DNA of 64,000 nt from Sulfurimonas sp. RIFOXYB12_FULL_35_9 (GCF_001829715.1 NZ_MICC01000076.1:904-64903), one strand, 5' to 3'; numbered from the stretch's first letter, positions 30,075 to 38,061 are shown. Notes: generated by a model not told the origin, from the letters alone. Translations and numbers: made by a program.

Positions 30075-31190
30075 ATGTTCTTCAAAAAAAACAATAAGCT
30101 CATTGCCGATTTAGAGGCTAAAGAGAGGGAAATAGTAAATTTAAAAAATGAGCTTGATGGTGCAAATCTAAAAATCTTAGATTTAGAGAGAAAAATGAAC
30201 ATCAACAGTGATGAACATACTCTTAATGAACTCATTAAATCTCTGGTAAATGGTTTAACTGACTCTTGTTTCAGAGATTTATCGGGATTGCAAGTCGATT
30301 TAAGCAATAACCTAAACGAACTTCAAGATATTCATCAAAGAAGTGACCAAAGCAATGAAAATGCGAATAGTGCATTGGTTGATGTAAATACTCTATCCAA
30401 CACAATGATATCTTTGCTAGAGCACATAACAAACACTTATGATCAAGTAAATATATTAAATACAAATGTTGAAAACATCTCAAGCGTAATTAGTCTAATA
30501 AAAGATATCAGTGATCAGACAAACCTTTTAGCACTAAATGCGGCCATCGAAGCTGCCCGTGCAGGTGAGCACGGAAGAGGCTTTGCAGTTGTCGCAGATG
30601 AGGTGCGAAAACTTGCTGAGAGAACGCAAAAAGCGACGAGCGAAGTTGAGATAACGGTACAAGGTTTAAAGCAAAATGCTCAAGAGATACATGAACACTC
30701 AAAATCAATGGAAGATCTCTCATCGGACTCAAATAAACAGGTAAGCTCTCTTCATGAAAAAATGCTAGATCTGCTTGGCAGTTCCAACGTTATAGCCAAT
30801 GAAAATCAAAATATTACAAATGCTATATTTATGGCGCTTGTAAAACTTGATCATCTGCTATTTAAGTCAAATGGATACAAAGCCGTATTTAAAAATCAGG
30901 CTGATGCCCATTTTGCTTCAGATTCCGAGTGCCGTTTAGGTCAATGGTATAATAGCGGCATAGGAAAAGAGCATTTCAGCAAAACACCTAGCTACTCAAA
31001 ACTAAGCATACCACATAAAGAAGTTCATGACAGCATTAAAAAAGCTATAGATTGCGTAACAAAAGGTACATGTACGCAAGAGGCAAAAAATGTAATGACT
31101 TACTTCGTAAATGCAGAAAAAGCAAGCGGTGAAGTAACACAAATATTAAGCAGTATGCTTCAAGAAGAGAGAACTTCAAGACATAAATAA
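30075..31190 (+). CDS. soluble MCP with C-terminal CZB domain (TlpD-like paralog)
   Basis: The ATG at 30075 follows aaagagaaagg. The signalling hairpin has the same 44-aa block as the 26984 gene but with many synonymous DNA differences. The CZB motifs are DHLLFKS...CRLGQWY...HKEVHD. Confidence 0.85.
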   Translation: MFFKKNNKLIADLEAKEREIVNLKNELDGANLKILDLERKMNINSDEHTLNELIKSLVNGLTDSCFRDLSGLQVDLSNNLNELQDIHQRSDQSNENANSALVDVNTLSNTMISLLEHITNTYDQVNILNTNVENISSVISLIKDISDQTNLLALNAAIEAARAGEHGRGFAVVADEVRKLAERTQKATSEVEITVQGLKQNAQEIHEHSKSMEDLSSDSNKQVSSLHEKMLDLLGSSNVIANENQNITNAIFMALVKLDHLLFKSNGYKAVFKNQADAHFASDSECRLGQWYNSGIGKEHFSKTPSYSKLSIPHKEVHDSIKKAIDCVTKGTCTQEAKNVMTYFVNAEKASGEVTQILSSMLQEERTSRHK

Positions 31191-31197
31191 CTCTAAG

Positions 31198-31213
31198 CTC
31201 CTCTGGAGTTTAG
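31198..31213. repeat. putative att core, left copy (element A)
   Basis: The 16-bp sequence ctcctctggagtttag lies 7 nt after the MCP stop codon and is identical to 35533-35548. Confidence 0.6.
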
Positions 31214-31245
31214 CCAAATGGTCTTGAATACCGTAATTTAGGGCT

Positions 31246-32346
31246 TTAAACTTGTTTTACGTTTTCAATTGTAACCGTATCGTCACAGTAAAGAGAAAAA
31301 TTAAACTCCAAATTTACTTTGTCACCATCTATTACACTCGCATAATATTCTAGTGTTGTACTGGCTTTATTGTGACCGAGTAAACCTGCTAATTCATTTA
31401 TACTCACTATCTTACCTTGAAGCATTAAGGTTGCAAAAGTATGACGGGTCGCATACATTCTATATCTTGGAACACCGCTATCTTTTACAACCTTATTCCA
31501 ATATCGTTTTAACTTATCGGCATCGTCCATATCTCCAAAAATAAAGATATTATTTGTCTGTATCTTTTTGACTTCATCTAAAATCAATTTAGAGTAAGGA
31601 ACTTTTCTAACTGCATTAGCTGTTTTTCCGTTTCCTATAATGCCTTTACTTCTAGTTCTTTTAATATGAATATACCCATCATCTTTAAAATCACCGATTT
31701 GAAGTCCTAAAATTTCACCAACTCTCATTCCCGTATTGAATGCAATCTCTAAATATACTTTCATCACTCCAGAGGCTACACTAAGAAGCTTTCTTACCTC
31801 TTCTTTGGTGTAATATTCAATTTCCTCTTTAGCTTCTTTTTTGAGCTTTATATTAAGTGCTGGATTGAAATCTATTACTGCGTCGTCAACTGCTAATTCA
31901 AAAATCTCATTGATACAACTTTTATAAACTTTGAGTGATGATACTTTCATATCTAATGAAATCAAATATCTCTTAATGTCTAGTCTCGTTATGGTGTCAA
32001 TATTGCGACCGTTAAAAAACTGAATAACTCGTAAAAAATATTCTTTCTTTACTAAGTAACTCCGATTTTTATCTTTCTGCTCTAAAAATATACCACCGTA
32101 ATACTCGAAAGTTTTAGGTTTTTTTTTGTATATTTCACCTGTTGCAATTTTAATATCAAGAGCTGGTATAATCTTGTCTTTTACTATTTTTATGTTTTGA
32201 GGTGTGTCTTTTAACTTAGTGGACTTTTGTTTTCTCACACCATCAACATAATAATTAAGCCATATTACAGAGCCTCTTAAAAAATATGTTGTCATTCCTT
32301 TGTTACCTTTTTTAGTGGTAACAGCCTTACTATGAAACAAAATCAT
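31246..32346 (-). CDS. tyrosine recombinase / phage-type integrase (element A)
   Basis: The catalytic residues are GMRVGEILGL (Arg), ATRHTFATLML (HxxR), LLGHNK (His) and TLEYYA (Tyr). The start may instead be the internal ATG at 32295. Confidence 0.88.
   Translation of the reverse strand: MILFHSKAVTTKKGNKGMTTYFLRGSVIWLNYYVDGVRKQKSTKLKDTPQNIKIVKDKIIPALDIKIATGEIYKKKPKTFEYYGGIFLEQKDKNRSYLVKKEYFLRVIQFFNGRNIDTITRLDIKRYLISLDMKVSSLKVYKSCINEIFELAVDDAVIDFNPALNIKLKKEAKEEIEYYTKEEVRKLLSVASGVMKVYLEIAFNTGMRVGEILGLQIGDFKDDGYIHIKRTRSKGIIGNGKTANAVRKVPYSKLILDEVKKIQTNNIFIFGDMDDADKLKRYWNKVVKDSGVPRYRMYATRHTFATLMLQGKIVSINELAGLLGHNKASTTLEYYASVIDGDKVNLEFNFSLYCDDTVTIENVKQV
31270..31295. promoter_or_regulatory. putative arm-type site, left (element A)
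   Basis: The sequence tgtaaccgtatcgtcacagtaaagag matches 35443-35468 at 23 of 26 positions in the same orientation. Confidence 0.45.
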
Positions 32347-32352
32347 ACCTTT

Positions 32353-32562
32353 TTATATTAAAAATTTATCTAAGTCAATTTCATCAGAAATTGAATTGAT
32401 AGGCTTAATGCTATTATTGAACTCTTCAACATCAATATAAATTCTCTTATATCCATTTATTTTATGAGCTGCAAGGTCTTTATTTTTAATCATGGTTCTA
32501 AGATATGAACTATCTATGCCCATATCTTCGGCTACCTTTTGGATAGTTTGAAATCTACTCAT
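32353..32562 (-). CDS. excisionase-family / AlpA-MerR-like HTH DNA-binding protein
   Basis: The 69-aa protein has the pattern TIQKVAEDMGIDSSYLRTMIKNKDLAAHKINGYKRIYI. It lies directly upstream of the integrase. Confidence 0.65.
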   Translation of the reverse strand: MSRFQTIQKVAEDMGIDSSYLRTMIKNKDLAAHKINGYKRIYIDVEEFNNSIKPINSISDEIDLDKFLI

Positions 32563-32563
32563 T

Positions 32564-33589
32564 TTAGGCTACCAATCTGCCAGCGATATTAACAGTAAAA
32601 TTTTCTTGTCTCAAATAGAGCAATTCTTTATCGTCCCAAATTTCCATAATTTTGTCATTATCAATATTTGAAAGTATTTTAAGACTGTTGCCTTTTCGTA
32701 CTTGCGTAAGACCATAGAGAGAAAAGCGGTGATTTAACATTCTGTAAAGATACATAGGAGCAGTTGACCTACTTCCACAAAATCTGTTTATGCGGTGCTT
32801 GATATACCAAGCATTGAGATATTCATCTTTTGTTGTAATCTCTTTTTTTGACATAGGAAGTGTTTTATTTATATATTTCATTATGTAGCTCGTTGCACTT
32901 CTGATATTTTTTTCAAACTTGTTCGACTTTTGATTAAACAAGTGGTAGAAAGCTTTTTCAACTCGTTCGATGCGTTCTTTTGGAATAAATAGAAGTATAT
33001 GCGTGTGCGGTGTACCGTCTTTGTGTGGCTCATTCACACGATAATACATGCGTTGCATTTTTGTAAGCTCTTTTAATGAGCGGTCTTGTCGTAATTTAGC
33101 CAACATCTTTGTTAATATTTTTACTGACTCTTTAGGCTCTACACCATTATATTTAGGGTTTCTGATTAACTTACCGTCTCTAGTAGCTTTCATTATGTGA
33201 AATTCACTAGGCAGAGTAAGAGTCAAAAATACGGGAGTTAAATTTGCATTCGTTGCCTCACGCTCTAACGTATTAACACGATTTTGGATTTCACCGTAAT
33301 ATCTGTGTGGGCTATGATTTGATGAAACAATACAATCTTTTAAACTGAATTGTTGACCCGTAGAGTTATCTTGTATATAGCTATAATCTAAAAAGATACT
33401 TTGAGCTTTTATCTTTGCTTTTGTCATAGCTAAGTCATCGTTAGTCAGCCCGTATATTCTCGAGATGTCCACAACTTTTTTATAATTAGTCAAGAGGGCT
33501 TTCGCCTCCTCTTTTTTTGTTCGTCCCTCACAAATAAAGGAGGAGGCAGTCGCCCATTTTTCTAACTTCATAAAATTACTCATTATCAT
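32564..33589 (-). CDS. HUH rolling-circle replication initiator (superfamily-I Rep, two-Tyr type)
   Basis: Motif 1 is FLTLTLPSEFH. Motif 2 (HUH) is GTPHTHILLF. Motif 3 is SATSYIMKYINKT, with two Tyr residues spaced as in phiX174 gpA YVAKYVNK. Confidence 0.7.
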   Translation of the reverse strand: MIMSNFMKLEKWATASSFICEGRTKKEEAKALLTNYKKVVDISRIYGLTNDDLAMTKAKIKAQSIFLDYSYIQDNSTGQQFSLKDCIVSSNHSPHRYYGEIQNRVNTLEREATNANLTPVFLTLTLPSEFHIMKATRDGKLIRNPKYNGVEPKESVKILTKMLAKLRQDRSLKELTKMQRMYYRVNEPHKDGTPHTHILLFIPKERIERVEKAFYHLFNQKSNKFEKNIRSATSYIMKYINKTLPMSKKEITTKDEYLNAWYIKHRINRFCGSRSTAPMYLYRMLNHRFSLYGLTQVRKGNSLKILSNIDNDKIMEIWDDKELLYLRQENFTVNIAGRLVA

Positions 33590-33767
33590 CTAATGGAATA
33601 TAATTAAATGAGCCTTTGAGGCAATCTAGCATTACATTGTAATCCGTGAGGTGCAACGAGCCAAAAGCATTTAAACCTAATAATAATCTATGAAATTCAT
33701 CTAGTTTTCTATGCACCGTAGAGCAGTCAATTTCTGTTTTTTTAATATCTTTTTGTGTATCATTCAT
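33576..33767 (-). CDS. hypothetical protein (element A)
   Basis: The 63-aa ORF overlaps the Rep start by 14 nt on the same strand. Confidence 0.35.
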   Translation of the reverse strand: MNDTQKDIKKTEIDCSTVHRKLDEFHRLLLGLNAFGSLHLTDYNVMLDCLKGSFNYIPLDDNE

Positions 33768-33913
33768 CGTTTCTTTCCTTCTAGGCTTGGAACACGGTAG
33801 GGAGTTTTTATCTTGCAGGATGGACTCTCTATGCGTTCTTATTGTTTAAGACTTCAAATAAAACCACTATTAGTGCAAATAGTATGTGTTCATACTCTAT
33901 CATCTAACTTTTT

Positions 33914-34183
33914 TTAAGACACGTAAAAACTTACCGGCGATTTAGAAATAAAACTGCATTGAACGCTTACCTCTTTACCTATTTGAGCTTCATACTGTTT
34001 CACTTGCTCGTCTGGTATGCTGACATCTTGCATATCATGTTTAACAGAGCCGTTAGAGAGTTTTGTTTCAACCAATAGCTGTAATTTATGTTTACCAGTA
34101 CTTACAACCTCGCCCGTCTCTTTATCTTTAAAGTCAGGGTTTTTATACAATGACATTAACTTGCCGTGAATTGATATTTTCAT
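33914..34183 (-). CDS. hypothetical small beta-rich protein (possible OB-fold/ssDNA-binding)
   Basis: The protein is 89 aa with a predicted all-beta pattern. It is translationally coupled to the upstream ORF by a 4-nt overlap. Confidence 0.4.
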   Translation of the reverse strand: MKISIHGKLMSLYKNPDFKDKETGEVVSTGKHKLQLLVETKLSNGSVKHDMQDVSIPDEQVKQYEAQIGKEVSVQCSFISKSPVSFYVS

Positions 34184-34737
34184 TTTTCATCCTTCATATT
34201 AAGATTAAATTTTTCGAGAACAATATCATTATATTTTCCTTGAACAGCATTAAACTCGTCTTTTTTATCCATATTTCTAGCTATTCTACGAATGCATGCA
34301 GTTGCAGAATCCATAAGATTTAAAGCATCAAATTTATACGAAAAATCCATTCCTATATAAACATGATTTGTTTCTTTAAACTCATTTATCGCTAGTGATA
34401 ACTCTAAATAAATCTTCATAAGCTTTTCAAAATCATCTTCTGAAACAGTTTTGGAAAACATTGGATTACTATCGGATATTGGATTTGGCAAGAATATATC
34501 TTCAGAATTAAGAATATATTTTAAATCAGATAATAATTCCTGAACTTTTGGAACGGATGAAAGATAAGACTCAACTAAACTAACTTCCATTAATGAAATA
34601 ATCATGGATGTAACGGTTACATCATCTTTCTTGCATTGATGTTCAAATTCAGCTTTTAAGAGATTTGGGATTTGTAAATTAAATCCAACTTTTTTGTTTT
34701 CGGCACCTTGTGCTTTTTGTAGAGCTTGTTTGTACAT
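34180..34737 (-). CDS. hypothetical protein with N-terminal ribbon-helix-helix-like segment
   Basis: The segment KKVGFNLQIPNLLKAEFEHQCKKDDVTVTSMIISLME has a beta-alpha-alpha pattern. The gene is first in the leftward operon and lies behind GTACAT repeats. Confidence 0.4.
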   Translation of the reverse strand: MYKQALQKAQGAENKKVGFNLQIPNLLKAEFEHQCKKDDVTVTSMIISLMEVSLVESYLSSVPKVQELLSDLKYILNSEDIFLPNPISDSNPMFSKTVSEDDFEKLMKIYLELSLAINEFKETNHVYIGMDFSYKFDALNLMDSATACIRRIARNMDKKDEFNAVQGKYNDIVLEKFNLNMKDEK

Positions 34738-34946
34738 GTGTACTCCTTATATTATACGTACATTAAATATGTACATTAAGGAATTGTATATTTTTTTAGA
34801 GTGAATGTCAAGCTTTAGAAAACTAACGCCTCGATTAGTTGTCATATATTACAACTTTTAAGCTCGTTGTTATCCCTATCGTTCGTTCCTCTCTATGACG
34901 GGAGTTTATTTTTATAAATTGTGTATAATAGTTAGAAAGGAGTACT

Positions 34947-35420
34947 ATGAATTTATCAACCATCCCATCGGATAACTTATATAAGTTTATGTCTATTTTT
35001 GGTTTAGTTTTGATTGTGTCGTGTATGACTGTTTATATGTTAATGCATGATTCGTGGACTGAACAAAAATATAAACTAGAACTAAAAATAGAAGAAATGA
35101 ATGTAAAAACGAAGCACCAGGGTGATAGTATTGAATTATTTGATATTGACTCGTGCAAAGCTAATCCTAAAGATTGTCATGACAATTTTAAAAAAATAGA
35201 AAAAACTCAAAGAGAACAGGAGATTGATAATAGTCAAATTATTGTTCTAAATAAATATCTTAATGAAAGATTAAAAGAAATCACCAGTTATTCTTATGCT
35301 CTCTCTTTTTTAACTTTGTTTGGATTTTTGATATCTACAGCAGGATTCATTCTATGGTATTATAAATTGCAAATCTATCAAGATGCACTGATTATTAAAG
35401 AATATAAGAAACAAATATAA
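34947..35420 (+). CDS. two-TM membrane protein with central coiled coil (hypothetical, element A)
   Basis: The TM segments lie at about residues 14-34 and 117-139. The central segment between them is charged. This is the only + strand gene in the element. Confidence 0.45.
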   Translation: MNLSTIPSDNLYKFMSIFGLVLIVSCMTVYMLMHDSWTEQKYKLELKIEEMNVKTKHQGDSIELFDIDSCKANPKDCHDNFKKIEKTQREQEIDNSQIIVLNKYLNERLKEITSYSYALSFLTLFGFLISTAGFILWYYKLQIYQDALIIKEYKKQI

Positions 35421-35442
35421 CATAATTAGATGTAGATAAAAA

Positions 35443-35468
35443 TGTAACCGTAGTGTCACAGTAAACAG
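35443..35468. promoter_or_regulatory. putative arm-type site, right (element A)
   Basis: The sequence tgtaaccgtagtgtcacagtaaacag matches 31270-31295 at 23 of 26 positions. Confidence 0.45.
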
Positions 35469-35527
35469 CTAAATTCATAGTAAAACTGTTACATTACACC
35501 CCTAAAAGCCCTTGTTTGTGGGGTTTT

Positions 35528-35974
35528 TCAAACTCCTCTGGAGTTTAGACCTTTTGTTACTGCCTCGTTTATCTCTTTTTTATATTCAGGATTTAGCCTT
35601 CCAAGTTCTCTATCAAAGTAAATTATTATGTCTTTATTTGTATGTTTGTGTCTGCATATCGTAAAAAGCAAATCTGCATAAATATCAAAATCAGGATGAG
35701 GTCGCATCCCAAGTTTTTTGTTTATAACTCCGTAATATTTTGTAATCAATTGAACGGCTTCCAATAGTTCGGCGGCATCTGATTTTTTATTTTTTATTAC
35801 ATGTACCAAAGATTTAAAATCAGGCGTTGTTGAAGTGTTACTCTCATATTTTTCTATAGATGGTTTTTTTTTATTTGCATTATCTTTACTAGGTTCTAAA
35901 AATAGAAAAAACATTAAAACTGCTAAGATTACAACCAATCCCATTATAGATTTAATGATTAATTCTGCTTCCAT
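35528..35974 (-). CDS. membrane-anchored hypothetical protein (probable integration target of element A)
   Basis: I preferred the ATG at 35974 over the TTG at 36022. The N-terminal TM helix is IMGLVVILAVLMFFLFL and the C-terminal domain is soluble. The 3' end contains the 16-bp repeat. Confidence 0.5.
   Translation of the reverse strand: MEAELIIKSIMGLVVILAVLMFFLFLEPSKDNANKKKPSIEKYESNTSTTPDFKSLVHVIKNKKSDAAELLEAVQLITKYYGVINKKLGMRPHPDFDIYADLLFTICRHKHTNKDIIIYFDRELGRLNPEYKKEINEAVTKGLNSRGV
35533..35548. repeat. putative att core, right copy (element A)
   Basis: The sequence is identical to 31198-31213. It overlaps the last codons (LNSRGV*) of the ORF at 35528..35974. Confidence 0.6.
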
Positions 35975-36062
35975 TACGCTACTTTTTTTATAGATTATAT
36001 CACACTCAATAAGGCTTACCAAGTAAAAGTTATAAATTTAAAAAATAAATTAAATGGCTAGT

Positions 36063-36083
36063 ATAGTTTAATGTGGTGGACAG
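36063..36083. repeat. att core, distal copy (partial tRNA-Ser 3' end)
   Basis: The sequence is identical to 40309-40329. It diverges from the tRNA immediately afterwards. Confidence 0.8.
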
Positions 36084-36142
36084 TGAGGGATTTCAAGCTT
36101 AGACGCTCAGAAACTCCAGAAATAAGGGTTTCTAGCTGTTTG

Positions 36143-36176
36143 TCGGATAGCGAAAGTATCATAGTTTCTAGCCTTA
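36143..36176. promoter_or_regulatory. pair of arm-type repeats (element B, distal arm)
   Basis: AGTATCATAGT occurs at 36145 and 36166, 21 bp apart. The stretch aaagtatcatagttt is identical to 40226-40240. Confidence 0.55.
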
Positions 36177-36231
36177 GTATCATAGTAAAATTACGCTGAA
36201 TTTTACAAGAATTAAGCAAACAATAAAAATA

Positions 36232-36837
36232 CTATGCAGAAATTCGATTTAAGTTCAATTCAATTTCATTTACAATTTTACTTAATTCTTCTTTGCTGAT
36301 ATCATTTTGCACTTTTTTTTCTGTACCGTTAGAGTGATTTCTTATTCTCTCCAGTTCTCTTCTTTCGTCTTCTTCTTTCTTTATCTGTCTACCCATTGCC
36401 GCAGAATAAAATACATTAAGCTTTAAAGATTTTCTATGTTTCATAATATCTTTCCATGAGCCTTTGCCGAACAAATAAGTGTTAAGTGTGTACACTCCAG
36501 TATTAACACGAATTAACACTTCATTATTAACAAGTTTCGTTAGATTATTATTGACAAAGCTTAAACTCTTATCAAGCTCTTTTGCTATTCTCTCTTTAAT
36601 AGCTTTGTTGATAATTATTTCTTGTTCATAGTTAACATATTTAAGCAATGCGTACATTAAATCGCTACTAATATCTAACTTATAAAAATAAGCGATATCT
36701 TCGATATATAGCTTAATATAACTGGGCTCTACTTCTGCTTTAAATTGTGCTATCTGTTCTCTTTCTACTGTTTCGCCTAACTCATTTATTGTTGTATTTG
36801 TTTCAAGATAAGCTAATGTTCTTTTCATTTTTTCCAT
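36232..36837 (-). CDS. RepL-like winged-helix replication/maintenance protein
   Basis: The region YIKLYIEDIAYFYKLD...LMYALLKYVNYEQEIIINKAIKERIAKELDKSLSFVNNNLTKLVNNEVLIRVNTGVYTLNTYLFGKGSW follows the RepL-type wHTH...G.Y.lN...fgKG pattern. Iterons lie upstream. Confidence 0.5.
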   Translation of the reverse strand: MEKMKRTLAYLETNTTINELGETVEREQIAQFKAEVEPSYIKLYIEDIAYFYKLDISSDLMYALLKYVNYEQEIIINKAIKERIAKELDKSLSFVNNNLTKLVNNEVLIRVNTGVYTLNTYLFGKGSWKDIMKHRKSLKLNVFYSAAMGRQIKKEEDERRELERIRNHSNGTEKKVQNDISKEELSKIVNEIELNLNRISA

Positions 36838-36956
36838 AATTTATTACTCCTGTTGTTGTGTAATGCGATTACTCGCTTTTAAGTAATAATGCTCTAATGA
36901 AAAAAAATCAAAGAAGTGTTAAAAAATGAGCAAAAATAGTAAAAAATAGTAAATCA

Positions 36957-37020
36957 TTACTCAAATAGAGGAAAAACATTCCTCAAACTGAGGAATGTAC
37001 TTACTCAAACTGAGGAATGT
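36957..37020. repeat. three iteron-like repeats at 22-bp spacing (putative origin/operator)
   Basis: CTCAAA(C/T)(T/A)GAGGAA units start at 36960, 36982 and 37004. The last two are identical over 17 bp. The stretch 36976-36998 also forms a perfect 10-bp-arm palindrome, acattcctca-aac-tgaggaatgt. A 2x10-bp A-rich tandem, aaaaatagta, lies at 36932-36951. Confidence 0.7.
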
Positions 37021-37108
37021 TTTTCAATTAAAAAAACCTTTATAAAGCCCTAAAAATAGGGTTAAAAAAGGTGTTAAAAAAAATACAATTCCCTCTATTA
37101 TATTTTAC

Positions 37109-37142
37109 GCGTGATTTATCACGCATTACCGCTTGCGGTAAT
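37109..37142. repeat. two adjacent GC-rich hairpins downstream of the recombinase-like gene
   Basis: The first is gcgtgat-tt-atcacgc at 37109-37124. The second is attaccgc-tt-gcggtaat at 37125-37142. Both are perfect and lie back to back. Confidence 0.6.
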
Positions 37143-37149
37143 CCATATA

Positions 37150-38061
37150 TTAATCAGCTTGAAAAGTCGTATAATGGTCTGTAATATCTAAACGACTATG
37201 CCCTAGCTCTAAGCTAGTTATCCCTTTCGCTTCGTCTTCGCTATGTCCGCCCTCTCTTAGCTCTTCCATACGTTCTTGAGCAAAGTTATATCTAAGCCCG
37301 TGCGTTCCGCTCCACTCTTGCCCTGTTGCTTCGACTGCCTCTTTTAACGCTTCTCTATAATCACTATAATTAGCGTTATAACCATTTTCTATCGCTTCGC
37401 TTACTCTTTGTATCAACTCGTCGCTCAAATGCGTTGTAGTGTAATCTATGCCGCCCTTACTATCATGCACGGTAAGCGTGTTATCTTCGTTTACGCTCCA
37501 CTTGCCGGAGTTTATAGCGTCGTCGGCTCTTAAACCTGCCTCATGTTGAAGCTCGGCACTCAAAGTGTAAGGAGTGTGTTGCATTTCGTCTTTGATTGCT
37601 TGTGCGTCTTCGTAAGCTCTGTTTATATGCTCAGAATGTAAGCTATAAGCCTCTTTTAGCTCTGACTTAATATCTTGTATAGCTTCTCTGCTTAAATCGC
37701 CTATACCGTCCTTTTGTAAGTTGTCAGCGATTTTGTTCATAGTAGACACATAAGTATTAAGAGAACCGCCGCTTATCTCTTGTGCTTTAGCTTCCAAAAA
37801 AGCTTTAGCACTATCTGCATTAATATTATTAGCGACTTTACCCTCGTAATTTTCATTGACAAAATTAACGAACTGCGTCGTAACACTTCGCATGTTTTGA
37901 ACTTCTTTTATGGAGTGGGCTTTATCGCTTACATTGTGTCCATTCGCACCTTTAATGCCACTACTCGCTCTCGCTTCCGATTTACTTTGTCCTATGCCGT
38001 TGGCATTTGACATAACTCTATTTATGATACTATTCGCACTCGCTCGTGAAGCATTAAACAT
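37150..38061 (-). CDS. divergent tyrosine-recombinase-fold protein (candidate relaxase or resolvase-type recombinase)
   Basis: The full R-K-HxxR-H-Y set is present in the right order: AGLRADDA, HDSKGG, THGLRYNFA, LGHSR and ITDHY. An N-terminal SAM-like segment reads AKAFLEAKAQEISGGSLNTYVSTMNKI. There is no arm-binding domain. Confidence 0.6.
   Translation of the reverse strand: MFNASRASANSIINRVMSNANGIGQSKSEARASSGIKGANGHNVSDKAHSIKEVQNMRSVTTQFVNFVNENYEGKVANNINADSAKAFLEAKAQEISGGSLNTYVSTMNKIADNLQKDGIGDLSREAIQDIKSELKEAYSLHSEHINRAYEDAQAIKDEMQHTPYTLSAELQHEAGLRADDAINSGKWSVNEDNTLTVHDSKGGIDYTTTHLSDELIQRVSEAIENGYNANYSDYREALKEAVEATGQEWSGTHGLRYNFAQERMEELREGGHSEDEAKGITSLELGHSRLDITDHYTTFQAD

Larger units (their letters stand above)
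31198..35548. mobile_element. integrative element A (~4.35 kb): integrase + excisionase-like + HUH Rep, bounded by 16-bp direct repeats
   Basis: Exact copies of ctcctctggagtttag lie at 31198-31213 and 35533-35548. A 23/26-identical internal repeat sits 56 and 64 bp inside the two ends. The integrase abuts the left end. Confidence 0.65.

Noticed and set aside
36111-36120. Inverted partial copy (aaactccaga) of the element A core near the element B end
   Set aside because: A 10-bp partial match is too short to distinguish from chance.
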